A DNA stretch of 64,000 nt, taken from positions 186,001 to 250,000 of the forward strand of contig JAPEUI010000006.1 in the NCBI GenBank assembly GCA_026025075.1, in the 5' to 3' direction. Each line of letters begins with the position of its first letter. The first letter of the stretch is position 1. Positions 1 through 10,903 of this stretch are shown here, in pieces. A program made the position numbers and the translations under genes. Below the pieces are notes generated by a model. That model was not told the origin of the DNA and ran no database searches. It was given only the letters and a program-made list of their open reading frames with translations. This stretch comes from Vezdaea acicularis. Lineage: Eukaryota.

Positions 1-524
1 TAGCTAAGCACAAATTTGGATTAATTACTAGCTTAATTGCTTTACCTAGGGCATCAGGCAGCGAAAATCCCATCGATCTTACATACATCCTGCCCTTTAT
101 ATCAACCAACTAGTGAATAGCAGTACCACGTACATATGAGGTTCTTATCAAGGTGAAGGAGGCGCTAGAAACACAGTGCGTATCCTCGCTGGTGCTAAGC
201 CGTACTGTGCTTACTCAAACTTCCATGTCCTTGCCCTCTCAAATAACACTGTCGGTACTAATATGTGAAAACCATACTCCATCAGTTGATGGCATAATTT
301 AGAGCTTGTTGTGTTTTTCATGACTGTTGACACTTCACACGGCAGTGATAGCCGCCAACACCCGTCACTATGTGACTAGCATGTATAGGTCCAAGCGCGC
401 TGCTCTCCTCAAACATTATGAACCCTTCAACCTCTCCTTTTTCATCGTTATATACGATACCTGCTGGCATTGGCTTAACGCGGAAGGCGGTCCTACTCTC
501 GTCCTTCACGAACCCCTTTCCACT

Positions 525-1682
525 ATGCCCACGATTAATTCTATACCCAGTATTGTATTGGGTCGAGTGCTTTGCTATCTCGATCCCGAAGATCTCAAGA
601 GCGCCCGTCTCGTCTCTCGTCTCTTCCAGCACCTTGCTACTGTAATACTCTTCCGGTCGATCTCTATCACTGCAAGAAAGAGTTCGCTTGCGGCACTCAA
701 ACAGATCGCTCTACATCCGCACCTCAGCAGATATGTTAGAAAGATTACGTATGATGCTACCTTCATATCTGACCAGATACGAAATTGGGAATTTTTCAAC
801 ACGTGGTGTAAATACAGAGGAGAGCGCGGCACGGTCGAAACACTATCCAGACGTGAGACAATTGTTAGCTATGTACTGGCTTGCCAGTCTCGCGTGGACC
901 AAGAATCAACGCTACAACGGTCGGAAGACGCACAGTGTCTACTATTTGCTCTAAAGAAAATGCCGTACGTGCGAATCATAAAGCTTGAGTGCAAGCCAGC
1001 CAGATTTCCGACATGGTCTACAGTCTCAAGGGCAGCTCTAACGTGTCCCGATTACAAGGGGGATGACTTCGCACGTGCGATATGGGGTGTATTGCGAGCA
1101 GTCGCATTCTCTGGATATGCGGTAACCTCCCTGAAATTGGGTCCAGAAGTAAGCCTGCCTGGATATCGCATCAGCGAAGAGGTGAATTGGATACTAGCGC
1201 TACGTTGTGCCGGACAGGCCTTCAAGAACCTTAAGGAACTAAGTCTGAACTTGATCTCGCCATGGGAGACAAGGCATGTCGATATAAACTCCTCTATATT
1301 ACTCAAAAATGCGATATCGTCCGCAAAGGGTTTAGAACAACTTGAGATCGATTCGTGGCTATTTGAGGAGTGTTTCGGTGCATCCGGGCTTCCTCGGTCC
1401 TCCTTTACAGGCCCCCTTCTACCACGCCTCAAAAGACTATTTATCCGCTGTAGGCTTGGATCGCCTTGTGATTGGAGGTACATTTTAATGCAATATCAAT
1501 CTACACTTACAGGTCTGACGGTTTACGGCTTTAAAGACTCTAACGATATGGTACACTTCGCCGCGTGGGTTGAGCGCTTTCTGAACCTGAGCTATTGCAA
1601 GCTAGAGCAGAACGTCGACCAGAAATCAAGCGGAGCTATAGAAAAGGAACTCTCCTTGCGACTACCCTTTTTCAGCGTCTAA
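525..1682 (+). CDS. F-box domain protein, intronless
   Basis: The ATG at 525 gives MPTINSIPSIVLGRVLCYLDPEDLKSARLVSRLFQHLATVILF, a typical fungal N-terminal F-box, followed by a Leu-rich (LRR-like) region. The ORF-track start at 327 is a TTG. Confidence 0.75.
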   Translation: MPTINSIPSIVLGRVLCYLDPEDLKSARLVSRLFQHLATVILFRSISITARKSSLAALKQIALHPHLSRYVRKITYDATFISDQIRNWEFFNTWCKYRGERGTVETLSRRETIVSYVLACQSRVDQESTLQRSEDAQCLLFALKKMPYVRIIKLECKPARFPTWSTVSRAALTCPDYKGDDFARAIWGVLRAVAFSGYAVTSLKLGPEVSLPGYRISEEVNWILALRCAGQAFKNLKELSLNLISPWETRHVDINSSILLKNAISSAKGLEQLEIDSWLFEECFGASGLPRSSFTGPLLPRLKRLFIRCRLGSPCDWRYILMQYQSTLTGLTVYGFKDSNDMVHFAAWVERFLNLSYCKLEQNVDQKSSGAIEKELSLRLPFFSV

Positions 1683-2172
1683 CAGGGTTCAGTAGTCCTG
1701 AAGTATCTGTAATGGGGCTTTCTCAGAGCTCGAAAATGCCTGGAGCCCACCTCAAATAGAGCGACATTGTGTTAGAGAGCGGCTTGTAACTGTTGGAGGT
1801 GCCAACACGCCCAGAAGTCTTATTATTTTTGAAAAAATCTTATGTTGCTTGCTTCTAAGGTTCGACGTGACAAGTTATGATCTGAACAGCTTGAGTATTT
1901 GCATAACAGAGACAGTAACGCGCATTAGCCACTGGACCGGGACGTAACCCCGAATTTTCTAGGCCTTGACGATACCTATTAAGTTGGGTATTGCGCGAGA
2001 AAGGAATTGGAATTGCATTGAAGCTTCTGGCCACGAAAAAATCTCGACAGACGTACACCGAAGCAAATATACAGCTACATTATTTTAGACACAAAGGAAC
2101 TCGAATCTAGCCCTACAAGACTTTCCAAACGCTAAATCCCAAATCGCTTAATAGGTACATATGTGCATATCG

Positions 2173-3587
2173 CTACAACTTAAAATCCATATTCATCCGC
2201 TCCCATCCAGTCCCCTTTTCGGGTTGTGCAGCAATCTTCTCTGCCAAACCGGTTTTTAAAGACCGTGACTTTTCAGTACAAAGCTCGTATATCGTAGAGA
2301 GATTAAATGTAAGTGCATGAAAGGAGTTTCCTTTGTCAACTAATCCCTCGAGTAGCTTTCTAGCCTGAATTTTAGTAATTAGCACGAGACCCTTGATTTA
2401 ACCAATATCGCCATTATGCTCACCTCGCTCAATCTTCCGTTATATAACAAGCAAACCGCTAAATTTTGAGTTACCATCTCAGTTCCCCTACAAACCTTTG
2501 CATCTCTCATTCGTTTCCATTCTCTTGCCGCTTCTTCATATTTACCGTCAGACATGCTGCAAAGCGCACTCATCATCCGGTACTCTTCGTAATTTGTTCT
2601 TTCCTCCTCACCGAGCCGTAGAAAACACCTCCTTGCCGCGCTTACGTCACCAATTCGTAGATAGAGTAGAGATAATTGCATCAATAGAGTGCGATTGTCA
2701 TCCTCATTCTCCATTGTCCCTCTCAAGCCATCAAGATGCCGTGTTGCGCCTTCAAAGTCACCCATCTCTATCAAAGCATTGCCTACACGCAGTCCTAGAT
2801 CTTTGAGACGATCTTTCCACATATCTTTAGCCGATCCTCTACACCTTAGCACCTCGCCACGTGCCTCCCGAGCTAGTTCGTAATATCCCATTACGCCCCG
2901 CCGCCAATCGCCAAACCCTATACTTTGTAGGCGTACAGCAAGCACACGGAGCTCCCATGGCACTATATGCTCTCCTGAGACAGGGTCGTGGTACTTCGGA
3001 CTGTTCATGTCCTCTAATGCCCTCACCTCCTGAGCAGCTAGAGGCGTCGCATCTATAAGTGTCAATGTCGCAAGACGGGTGTATAAGAGGGAAAATATTT
3101 GTTCATGATCGGTAGGACCGGTAGAAGTTATTAGAAGGCGGGCGGAAAGAATAGCAGCAGCACGGAAGTGCCCGTTTGCGAGAAGGACGGAAAGTGGTGT
3201 GTCTGGTGAGGGCTGGATTGAGGAAGATCGGAAGACCTCAGGTATCTCTAACGGGTTGAGGAAATGATAAATCTCAGGACGTAATAGATTTGAGAAGTCT
3301 GCTTTCAGGTGGTCGGATATTGTAGTCATGCTCTCACTTGGACCAATTCCAGGCGCTGGTGAAGTTGTGGCAGTCCGTACTTCGCTTTCAACGGTAGAGG
3401 CAATCGTTCGTGCGCTGAGGAGTGGATGTGAGCTTGTGTTTGCTCTCTAAAATTTGATAGTTGAACGGAATACATACTTTTCCTCGTCGAGGGGGCCTTT
3501 GGTGGGGCGTCGAGGCATAGAAACTTGAGAAACGTCAGTAATCGCACCTTTCAATGGAACCTCATTGCCACCCGCATTGGGCGTCAT
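2173..3587 (-). CDS. TPR-containing TRAPP complex subunit 12 (TRAPPC12/TTC15)-like protein, 3 exons
   Basis: ATG 3587 (MTPNAGG...PRRPTKGPLDEE); GTATGT intron ~3477-3415; exon with GHFRAAA, LYTRLATL, VPWELRVLAVRLQ and NLAVCLLY; intron ~2421-2365; last exon LTFNLSTIYELCTE...DFKL*. Confidence 0.75.
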
Positions 3588-4092
3588 GCAAGTCACAATG
3601 CTTACCACGCCTCTCTCCAGATGATGGATGTCGTTTATGCTTCTTCAGAGTACCGCCTTGGGGCCCAAGAGAGCTTTCCATGGCGAAGTGTAACGGGATC
3701 TAGCTCCAAGATTGGGGAGGCTGGCTAAAAGCCACTGACGACGGCTCAGGGTCCCCTGCATTGGCGCTAAACCTTAAGGGGCTCCGACAGCAAGCGCCTG
3801 TCACTTCCGCCAAGGTACCCTTTACATGGACAGGTTATGATTCTTTTGAAACCCGAATGCACTGAAAGGAATTTGCTTCCAGCTTTCTAGTTTCTTGAGT
3901 AGTTTAGAGAATTCATGTTGAATCTAAGTTTTCTAACTTCTCAGTCTATCCGAGTGGAACTGTGCACTTCCCCAATGTGAAATGCAACTATGAGAAAGTC
4001 CATTTCGTATACCACGCGCACGTTGCATCTCAAACCGTTGATTCTTGTGAAATCGCCTCACCAGAATCTCGTCTTCCACCCGTAGCAATTCG

Positions 4093-6535
4093 ATGAAGTC
4101 CCTAGAAGATACAAAGTAAGATAATCTACCCAGTAAAGGCTGGATATCTATTTACAATCATCTTTAGAGCTCGTTGGAAACGTCTATATGCAAGCCTCAA
4201 AGACGTACCGGAATTGAGGGAGGCAATGAAAGTGCTAGGTGATGATAGCCCTTGTAGTTATGGTTTCCGGTCCATTTGCTGGAAAGTGCGTGCAGCTTGT
4301 TTACAAATCATTCCCTATTTCAAAGTTAAGAGTACGATTAGGCATGCCTCCTTTTCGGTAGCTCAGCCGAACAGCCATGCTGGTCATGGACTCTTATCAA
4401 CTCTAGGACTGCGTACATAGTCCTCCGGGAGCACTATCTACGCTTCATCGAGCATCCTGATGAGCTCCACTCCACGCTAGATCCATTAGCTGACGATGAA
4501 GAGGTATTGGGAAACCCCCCATTGCACATGCTATTTACTTATTGAATTAATTCCATCTGCACCCCCCTTTGCGATTGCTCTAAGTTCTCTACTGACTTTT
4601 CACAACAGTCACCCTGGATCGTCCTGCGGCAGGACGAAGAGCTCAGGTCAGAGATAATGCAAGATGTTGAAAGGTGCATGCCAGATAATCATTTCTTTCG
4701 CGAACCTCAGAATCAAGTGATCATGGTGAACATACTGTTCATCTATTGTAAGATCAACATGGACGTAGGTTATCGCCAAGGCATGCATGAACTGCTTGCT
4801 CCATTACTATGGGTCATAAGCAATGACGCAGTTGATCCACAAACCATTAAAGAAACCGATAAGGACGATTTCCTATCAGGCCTTCTTTCTGCAGACTTCA
4901 TCGAGCATGATGCATATATATTGTTCTCAATGATAATGCAGACAGCAAAGCCATCGTATGAGCTTGGACAGTCAAGTGAGGTTGCAGATCTTGCAATGAA
5001 AGCTCGAGCGTCACCAGCGTCCGACTCGCCGATCGTGGTGCGTAGTAAGCACATACACGAGGAAGTTTTAACGCAAGTCGATCCTGAGCTTGCAAACCAT
5101 CTAACAGAAATTGAGATCCTTCCACAAATATTTCTGATGTAAGTTCAGCTCTATAAAAATAGGGTAAAACCTCGTACTAAACTACTGAAAGACGGCGGAT
5201 TCGCCTTCTTTTTGGACGCGAGTTCGCATTTGATGACCTACTTGAGCTCTGGGACGCCTTGTTCGCAGAAGGACTTTGCATAGAGATAGTGGACCTCGTC
5301 TGCGTAAGTATGCTATTGCGCGTTCGATGGCAATGTGAGTACCCCCAAACCCCATCTTCGACGGGGAGAGCCTCATTTCAACAACAGTGATGGAAGCGGA
5401 CTACTCTACGGCTCTTGCTCTACTGCTACAATATCCAAAGCCTAGCGGGCCTCATCCTGCCGTCTCATTTGTGGAAGACGCTACGTATTTACGTGATCAT
5501 CTGAATACGGATGGAGGCGCGTTCATTATCACAAAACATTCAGGTAAAGCACCATTTGAAGCCAGTAACAAATCATATCAAGAGGCAAAAGTTTCGAGCA
5601 ACCAAGTAAAATCCGGAAATAGTACATTAGCAAAACCGAGCCGTATATTGTCAGGGACAAGGTCGCCCATAAGGCCAGGAGCTAGTGTCGAAGGAATTTT
5701 GCAAGGAGCTGCTCAAGGTGTCTTCAACAGGGGAGAAAAGTGGGGTCTCAACAAAGTAGTCCGAGACGCGGTAGTAGAGGTCAAGAGAAACGTTCAAGGC
5801 TTACAGGTGGGAAACCTTACGCCGAAAGGGAGGCGCGATGGGCCACGGTGGTCGCTCGACGAAGGCAAATTCCTTGACTCCAAAGCAGAGGAGAATCTCG
5901 AAAAGGTCAAGGCTCTATTGAAGCGAAACGAAGAGCTATCTAAATTGATTGGAAGTACTGCTGACGAGTTGAGACTGAGCCTAAAGGGAGATGGCTCGGA
6001 CGTTCCGTCCGATGCTGTCGTGCTGGCACTCGCGAAGCTGAATGTTCTGAAGATATATCTGGAAGATTCTACAGTGCCATTCAATGGTACTGAGAAGGAC
6101 CCTATTCAAGCATCTCCAAAGCCCAAAAGGTCGCAATCGATCTCAGCATCACCAGAGAAACCTACAAAAATCGTCGAAACCCGTTCGACACAGCCAGCGT
6201 CGAACGAAGAGAACGTAGAAGCTGTGCCGGTCTTAACAGCGGCGGCCCCCGCTGTCCAAGAAAAGCCCTCGTCGCCAGTCGTTCGCCCACGTTATACACT
6301 AGCGCAGTCTTCATTTTCTTGGATGCTTGGGGATGACGAGCGACCTTCGTCTGGATTTGTTTCATCTTCTATCTCAGCACCTCGACAGAGCAATGCCGCA
6401 AACGGAAAATCTGCGTTGCTGTTCGGCCAGCCTACAGACACAGAGGATACCAGGCTCTCAAAGAAGGGAGCAGAGTCGAAGGATAACAGTTTTGATATGG
6501 GCAATCTGGATGGGTTCTCCAGAAGCCGATCTTAG
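4093..6535 (+). CDS. TBC-domain Rab GTPase-activating protein (TBC1D5-like), 6 exons
   Basis: ATG 4093 MKSLEDT|. Spliced exons give RSICWK, DPLADDEESPW, the catalytic IMQDVER (IxxDxxR) and YRQGMHELLAP (YxQ) motifs, and RLLFGREF. Five GT-AG introns. Confidence 0.9.
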
Positions 6536-6820
6536 TTTCATTTTTCACACCTTCGACTAATCATGGAGTTACGTAGCTACTTTGGAGAATGAAGAGCAAG
6601 ATGGTGGCATTCTCTCCAGAAGTTATCTGAAATGAACATAGGCTTGGCGTTGAGCGGGTTAGCGTTACGGTGTCGGGCATCGACTTGATGATAAAGGGGC
6701 TGCCGTTTGCCCTGCCAACAGCGGCGGATGAGTCTATTTACCATCGAGCATGAGAGATGAGTGCTGCTCCTAGCTTGGTCATTCATCCTTTTTCTACCGA
6801 GCTTATCCATGGACTTAGGG

Positions 6821-7370
6821 CTATTTTCGTCCTTCGACCATGATTATGTGATACCCAAACTTCGTTTTAACCTCCACATACTTCGGATTTCCAGTCGAGC
6901 TGGGCTCAAGATCATATGCTGCCTTCTCAAAATCTGTATCTAGACTCCCCCTTGTTTTCCATCCAAGTGAACCCCCTTGTGATAACGGTTTAGTCTTCGA
7001 GATTTCTCACACTAAGAGTATGTAGGGTTGCTGGAGAGGAATAACATACCCTGTCTTGCTTTATCTTCCGAGAACTCTTTAGCTACATCATCAAACTTGA
7101 CTCCTTCCTTCAACTTGGCCACAGCATCTTCCTTTTTCGAAAACTTCTCACACTACGCCGTTCATACCATTAACGCTGCTACCCATCCCCTTGATGAACA
7201 TTTATCGAGGTCTGGGGCCTACCTACAAGGATGTGCCGGACATTGATACTATTCGCGGCCTTTAGTTTCCCGCCTGTGCTTCCCTTGACCTCATCCACAT
7301 CTTTCGCTTTTGCTTTGCCCTCCTTCTTTCCAGCGGCTTTTGTCGCCGCAGGTTTCTTATCTTTGCCCAT
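6821..7370 (-). CDS. PIN4: Parvulin-type peptidyl-prolyl cis-trans isomerase (Par14/PIN4), 3 exons
   Basis: Lys-rich N-terminus, [17 protein letters not shown]...[20 protein letters not shown]...[15 protein letters not shown]. Confidence 0.93.
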
Positions 7371-7879
7371 GATCGCGAAAGTTTCGATCAGGGAGGGAGC
7401 TGTGCAAGGTGATTTCTAGGTGCCCTGCCTAAGACATTACCATGTGGAGAACGAGGCGTGTAGGTGATGCCCGCTCGGAAGAACCTTTTGCCGACTTTCG
7501 TGTAAACATGTGCGCGCACGCTGCCGCTCTTAGCTTTATCTCTTATCGTTCCAACATGCTCCAGTAATGAGCTTCATGCCAGCGGCAAGCTCGCAAACCG
7601 TTGAGACATACATAAATTGGAGACGCGGTGGATTGCTCTTCATTGAGGGATGGCCTGCTTCCAAGAGCCGATCAACCGGTCAGGCGACCTTTTACGAACC
7701 ACTGGTTTCCGGAACAAACTGGGGGGCCCAGCTCACCGAAAGCTCAATACTCAAGTTTGAGCTGATTCGAATCATTGCCCCCTATCACCTTCGGTAGACT
7801 CTCAGAGTAGCATCCTCAAGTCTTAAGACAAGCTACGACTAAATCTAAAGCGCGCTGGATCACTTTTTACAACTGGCTC

Positions 7880-8780
7880 ATGGCTCCGCACACACTTCAC
7901 GAGTACAAACATGAACCCACGAGCAATCTTGACAGCGTCGATACGCCAGGGCTGATAAAGGACAACTTCGCGCAACTTGTGAAAGACTTGAGTCAAGTTC
8001 TTGGCCCATCGTCAGGGCTGACCTGTGCGGACGTAAGCGTAGACGAGCTCAAGGCGTTGATGGAGAAATATGTATCAAAACAAGAGGAATGGGATATGTA
8101 TAACTTCAAGGACCAAAGCAGAGGGTACACGAGAAATCTTGTGGACAGGGGAAATGGAAAAAGTAATTTGGTGGGTATTCTTTAGAAGAACTGGAGCTTG
8201 AAGCCAACATGTTCGTTAGCTTATCCTTGTTTGGACACCTGGAAAGGGCAGTCCTATTCATGACCATGCCAACGCGCACTGTTTGATGAAGGTATATCTC
8301 TCGACTTGATAAGCTGTTTGAATTGGATGACACTGACTTGAAGAAGGTCCTTAAAGGAAGCCTGAAAGAGGTGCGATACGCATGGCCAGAGACAGGCGTT
8401 GCAGAGCGAGGCCCCCCAACCGTGATCAAGGAGACTCTCTATACCGAGAATCAAGTAACCTATATGTCTGATGATGTAAGTCTTCCAATAAGTACCAGTG
8501 GTTTCAGATCCATGTGGAATACTTATGATTTCTCTACTTAGCTCGGCATCCACCGTATCTGCAACCCCGACCGCGAGGAAGCTGCCGTTTCTCTCCATCG
8601 TAAGTTCAGTAACGCGAATGACTTGTATATGTATGTGAGATAGAGCGTAACGTCTTCGTAGTCTACACACCGCCAAATGCGGCTAGGTATGGCTGTCACA
8701 TATTCGACGAGCGCACGGGCAAGCAGTCCCGAGTGTCACAGTGCCAGTTCTTCTCAGAGCTTGGTCGTAGACTGGAATAG
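7880..8780 (+). CDS. CDO1: Cysteine dioxygenase type I, 5 exons
   Basis: [47 protein letters not shown]...LGIHRI...AVSLH|LYTPP; contains the His triad and the Cys/Tyr cross-link residues. Confidence 0.93.
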
Positions 8781-9030
8781 GCTGGGGTCTGCTTGCATAG
8801 GGTGGGGTTGAAGGGCAGAAATTTAGGTTCTGGAGTTTGACATATTAGAGGCATGTTGCTATGAGTCAATATCTTGGTTAGACGTGTGGTGGAATGGGCT
8901 CGTAGGCGCATATTCCAGATGTTTTATAACACTCGATCACAACCCAGATGACGTTTCGTTAAAATTGTGCCCAAAATAAGTATTAAAAGTAAATAAGAGA
9001 CAACCAAAAACAAATCTTAACTTGTTCATT

Positions 9031-9124
9031 TTCCGATACCGGGAATCGAACCCGGGTCTACCCGGCTCTAGCGAAAGAAGTCTCTCATGAAAGCGGGTGA
9101 TGCTAACCCCTACACCATATCGGA
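9031..9124 (-). tRNA. tRNA-Glu (anticodon TTC) with a 22-nt intron (9066-9087)
   Basis: The reverse complement reads TCCGATATGGTGTAGGGGTTAGCATCACCCGCT-TTC-A[intron]CCGGGTAGACCCGGGTTCGATTCCCGGTATCGGAA. Acceptor stem, A/B boxes and canonical intron position are present, with a TATA-like element ~9149-9157 and a T5 terminator at 9010-9006. Confidence 0.95.
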
Positions 9125-9586
9125 TTGAGAAATTCGTGCTTTAAAGTAATATATATTGTCTATCGATCATAATTTTTCGATTGCAATGATATTGGTAAAC
9201 AGTACTCAACGGCGACTGCTGACTTTTGTTCCTAAGCTACTCTATCGGGTGCAATATGAAGATAGCTTAAGATTCCACACGATCTAGCTACCTTCCATGA
9301 TCTCAGTCTACTGGACGACTTCTCTTCTACGACCGTCTAGGACGCTGCATCGCTCTGAGTCAAAGGAAACGGCAGTCCCCCAAACCCCAAGCCCTGACGC
9401 GCTAAAGCATAGGCTAAGCGAGCCCTCTCGCCTCCACCACTTTACTCACACGACTCCTCAGATAATTTCTTGCTCTGCATCGATCTCACCACCACGACCT
9501 GTTCACGTCTACACTCGCTCCGTCGCGACAAGCTCATCGATCACGAAAAAGTCCCGCAGACGACATCTCAATAATAGTCTTTCACG

Positions 9587-10114
9587 ATGGTGAGTTTGAT
9601 GTTCGCAAATGGGGGTTGGGTAGCTGTGGGTAGCGGGGCACGAAGTCAATGATGCCGGCTGGGCGAGCTTTCGGTCCGAGATTAGAGCTCCTCGCGCTCT
9701 ATCATCTAGAGTCGCATCATACTTCGCGTTCATCTCCTGCTCGCTGCCGCTTCTCACTATGTGCTAGAAATCAAGACATCAGGTGCTGACTTGCGAATAG
9801 GTTCTCGCCGTCGATCTCCTAAACCCGACCCCCGCGGCCGAGGCCCGCAAGCACAAGCTCAAGGTAAGGGCTTTCCCCATCTCCAGCGCCGGTTTAAAAA
9901 AACAGCAACTTATCTTTTGTTTCTATTGCAGACTCTCGTACCCGCACCCCGCTCTTTCTTCATGGACGTCAAATGCCAAGGCTGCTTCACAATCACCACC
10001 GTCTTCTCGCACGCCCAAACGGTGGTCATCTGCGCCGGGTGCTCGACCGTGCTGTGCCAACCGACCGGAGGAAAGGCGCGGCTTACAGAGGGATGTTCGT
10101 TCCGGCGGAAGTAG
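9587..10114 (+). CDS. RPS27: 40S ribosomal protein S27 (eS27), 3 coding exons (9587-9589, 9801-9863, 9932-10114)
   Basis: [82 protein letters not shown]. Confidence 0.97.
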
Positions 10115-10784
10115 ACGTGGTGGGGTGCTGAAGACTGCAAAAACTGGGAAGGGAATATCTGCCGTACGGATAGAAAAACCGATGACGCTTTCGTCTCTCA
10201 CACACGCCGCAAGAATATTGTGCGTTGGAGGGTTCGTGCTACATCTCTTGTGGCAAATGCATTGTTGTCAGAGCCACTGCTTTTTGTGGTCCCTGGCTAG
10301 GTGTTGGGATATTGTAGCATTAGAAAGCTAGGCACTTTCTGTCTGAGATTTGCACCGTTCTTCGTTTCTTGCACCTATCTCGTGTGATTCGTCTGCCAGC
10401 GCTTCTCATGGATAGAGAGATCTGCTACACCACACCCTCCCCCACTTTTCTAAATCCTCCCATATCCTAACCTCCTCCTCCTCGTCATCCTGGTACTTTC
10501 TCTCCACACCGAATCCTAAACCCGCCTCCACGAATCTCCTAGTCCTAGTCTATCTACCGGGATGAAGAAGGGGAATGATGAAAAAGGTGATAGATGCATA
10601 AAACAGGATGAGCTAGAAAAAGTGGTATATTGGTATATAGCTGAACCGTAACGAAACTATCCTCCCGAACCGCGGATGGTGTATATGTACAGGATCGTGC
10701 TGGTGTTTATGTTCATGGCTGAGCCTAGTCCGAGTCCGCATCCAGTCCGTGCCTCCCATAACATCCAGCCTTCCCAGCATGCCA

Positions 10785-10860
10785 TAACAGACCATACCAG
10801 ACCAAGCCAAACCGGACCATACCAACGCAAAATATACCAGACCGGAGTAACCCAAGCCAT
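10785..10860. repeat. Degenerate pentanucleotide (ACCAN) microsatellite in the 3' flank of the Zn2Cys6 gene
   Basis: acagaccataccagaccaagccaaaccggaccataccaac...accagaccgg. Confidence 0.6.
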
Positions 10861-10903
10861 GTCCAGCTTACCACACCACACCAACAAACCCCCAGGAAAT
10901 AAT

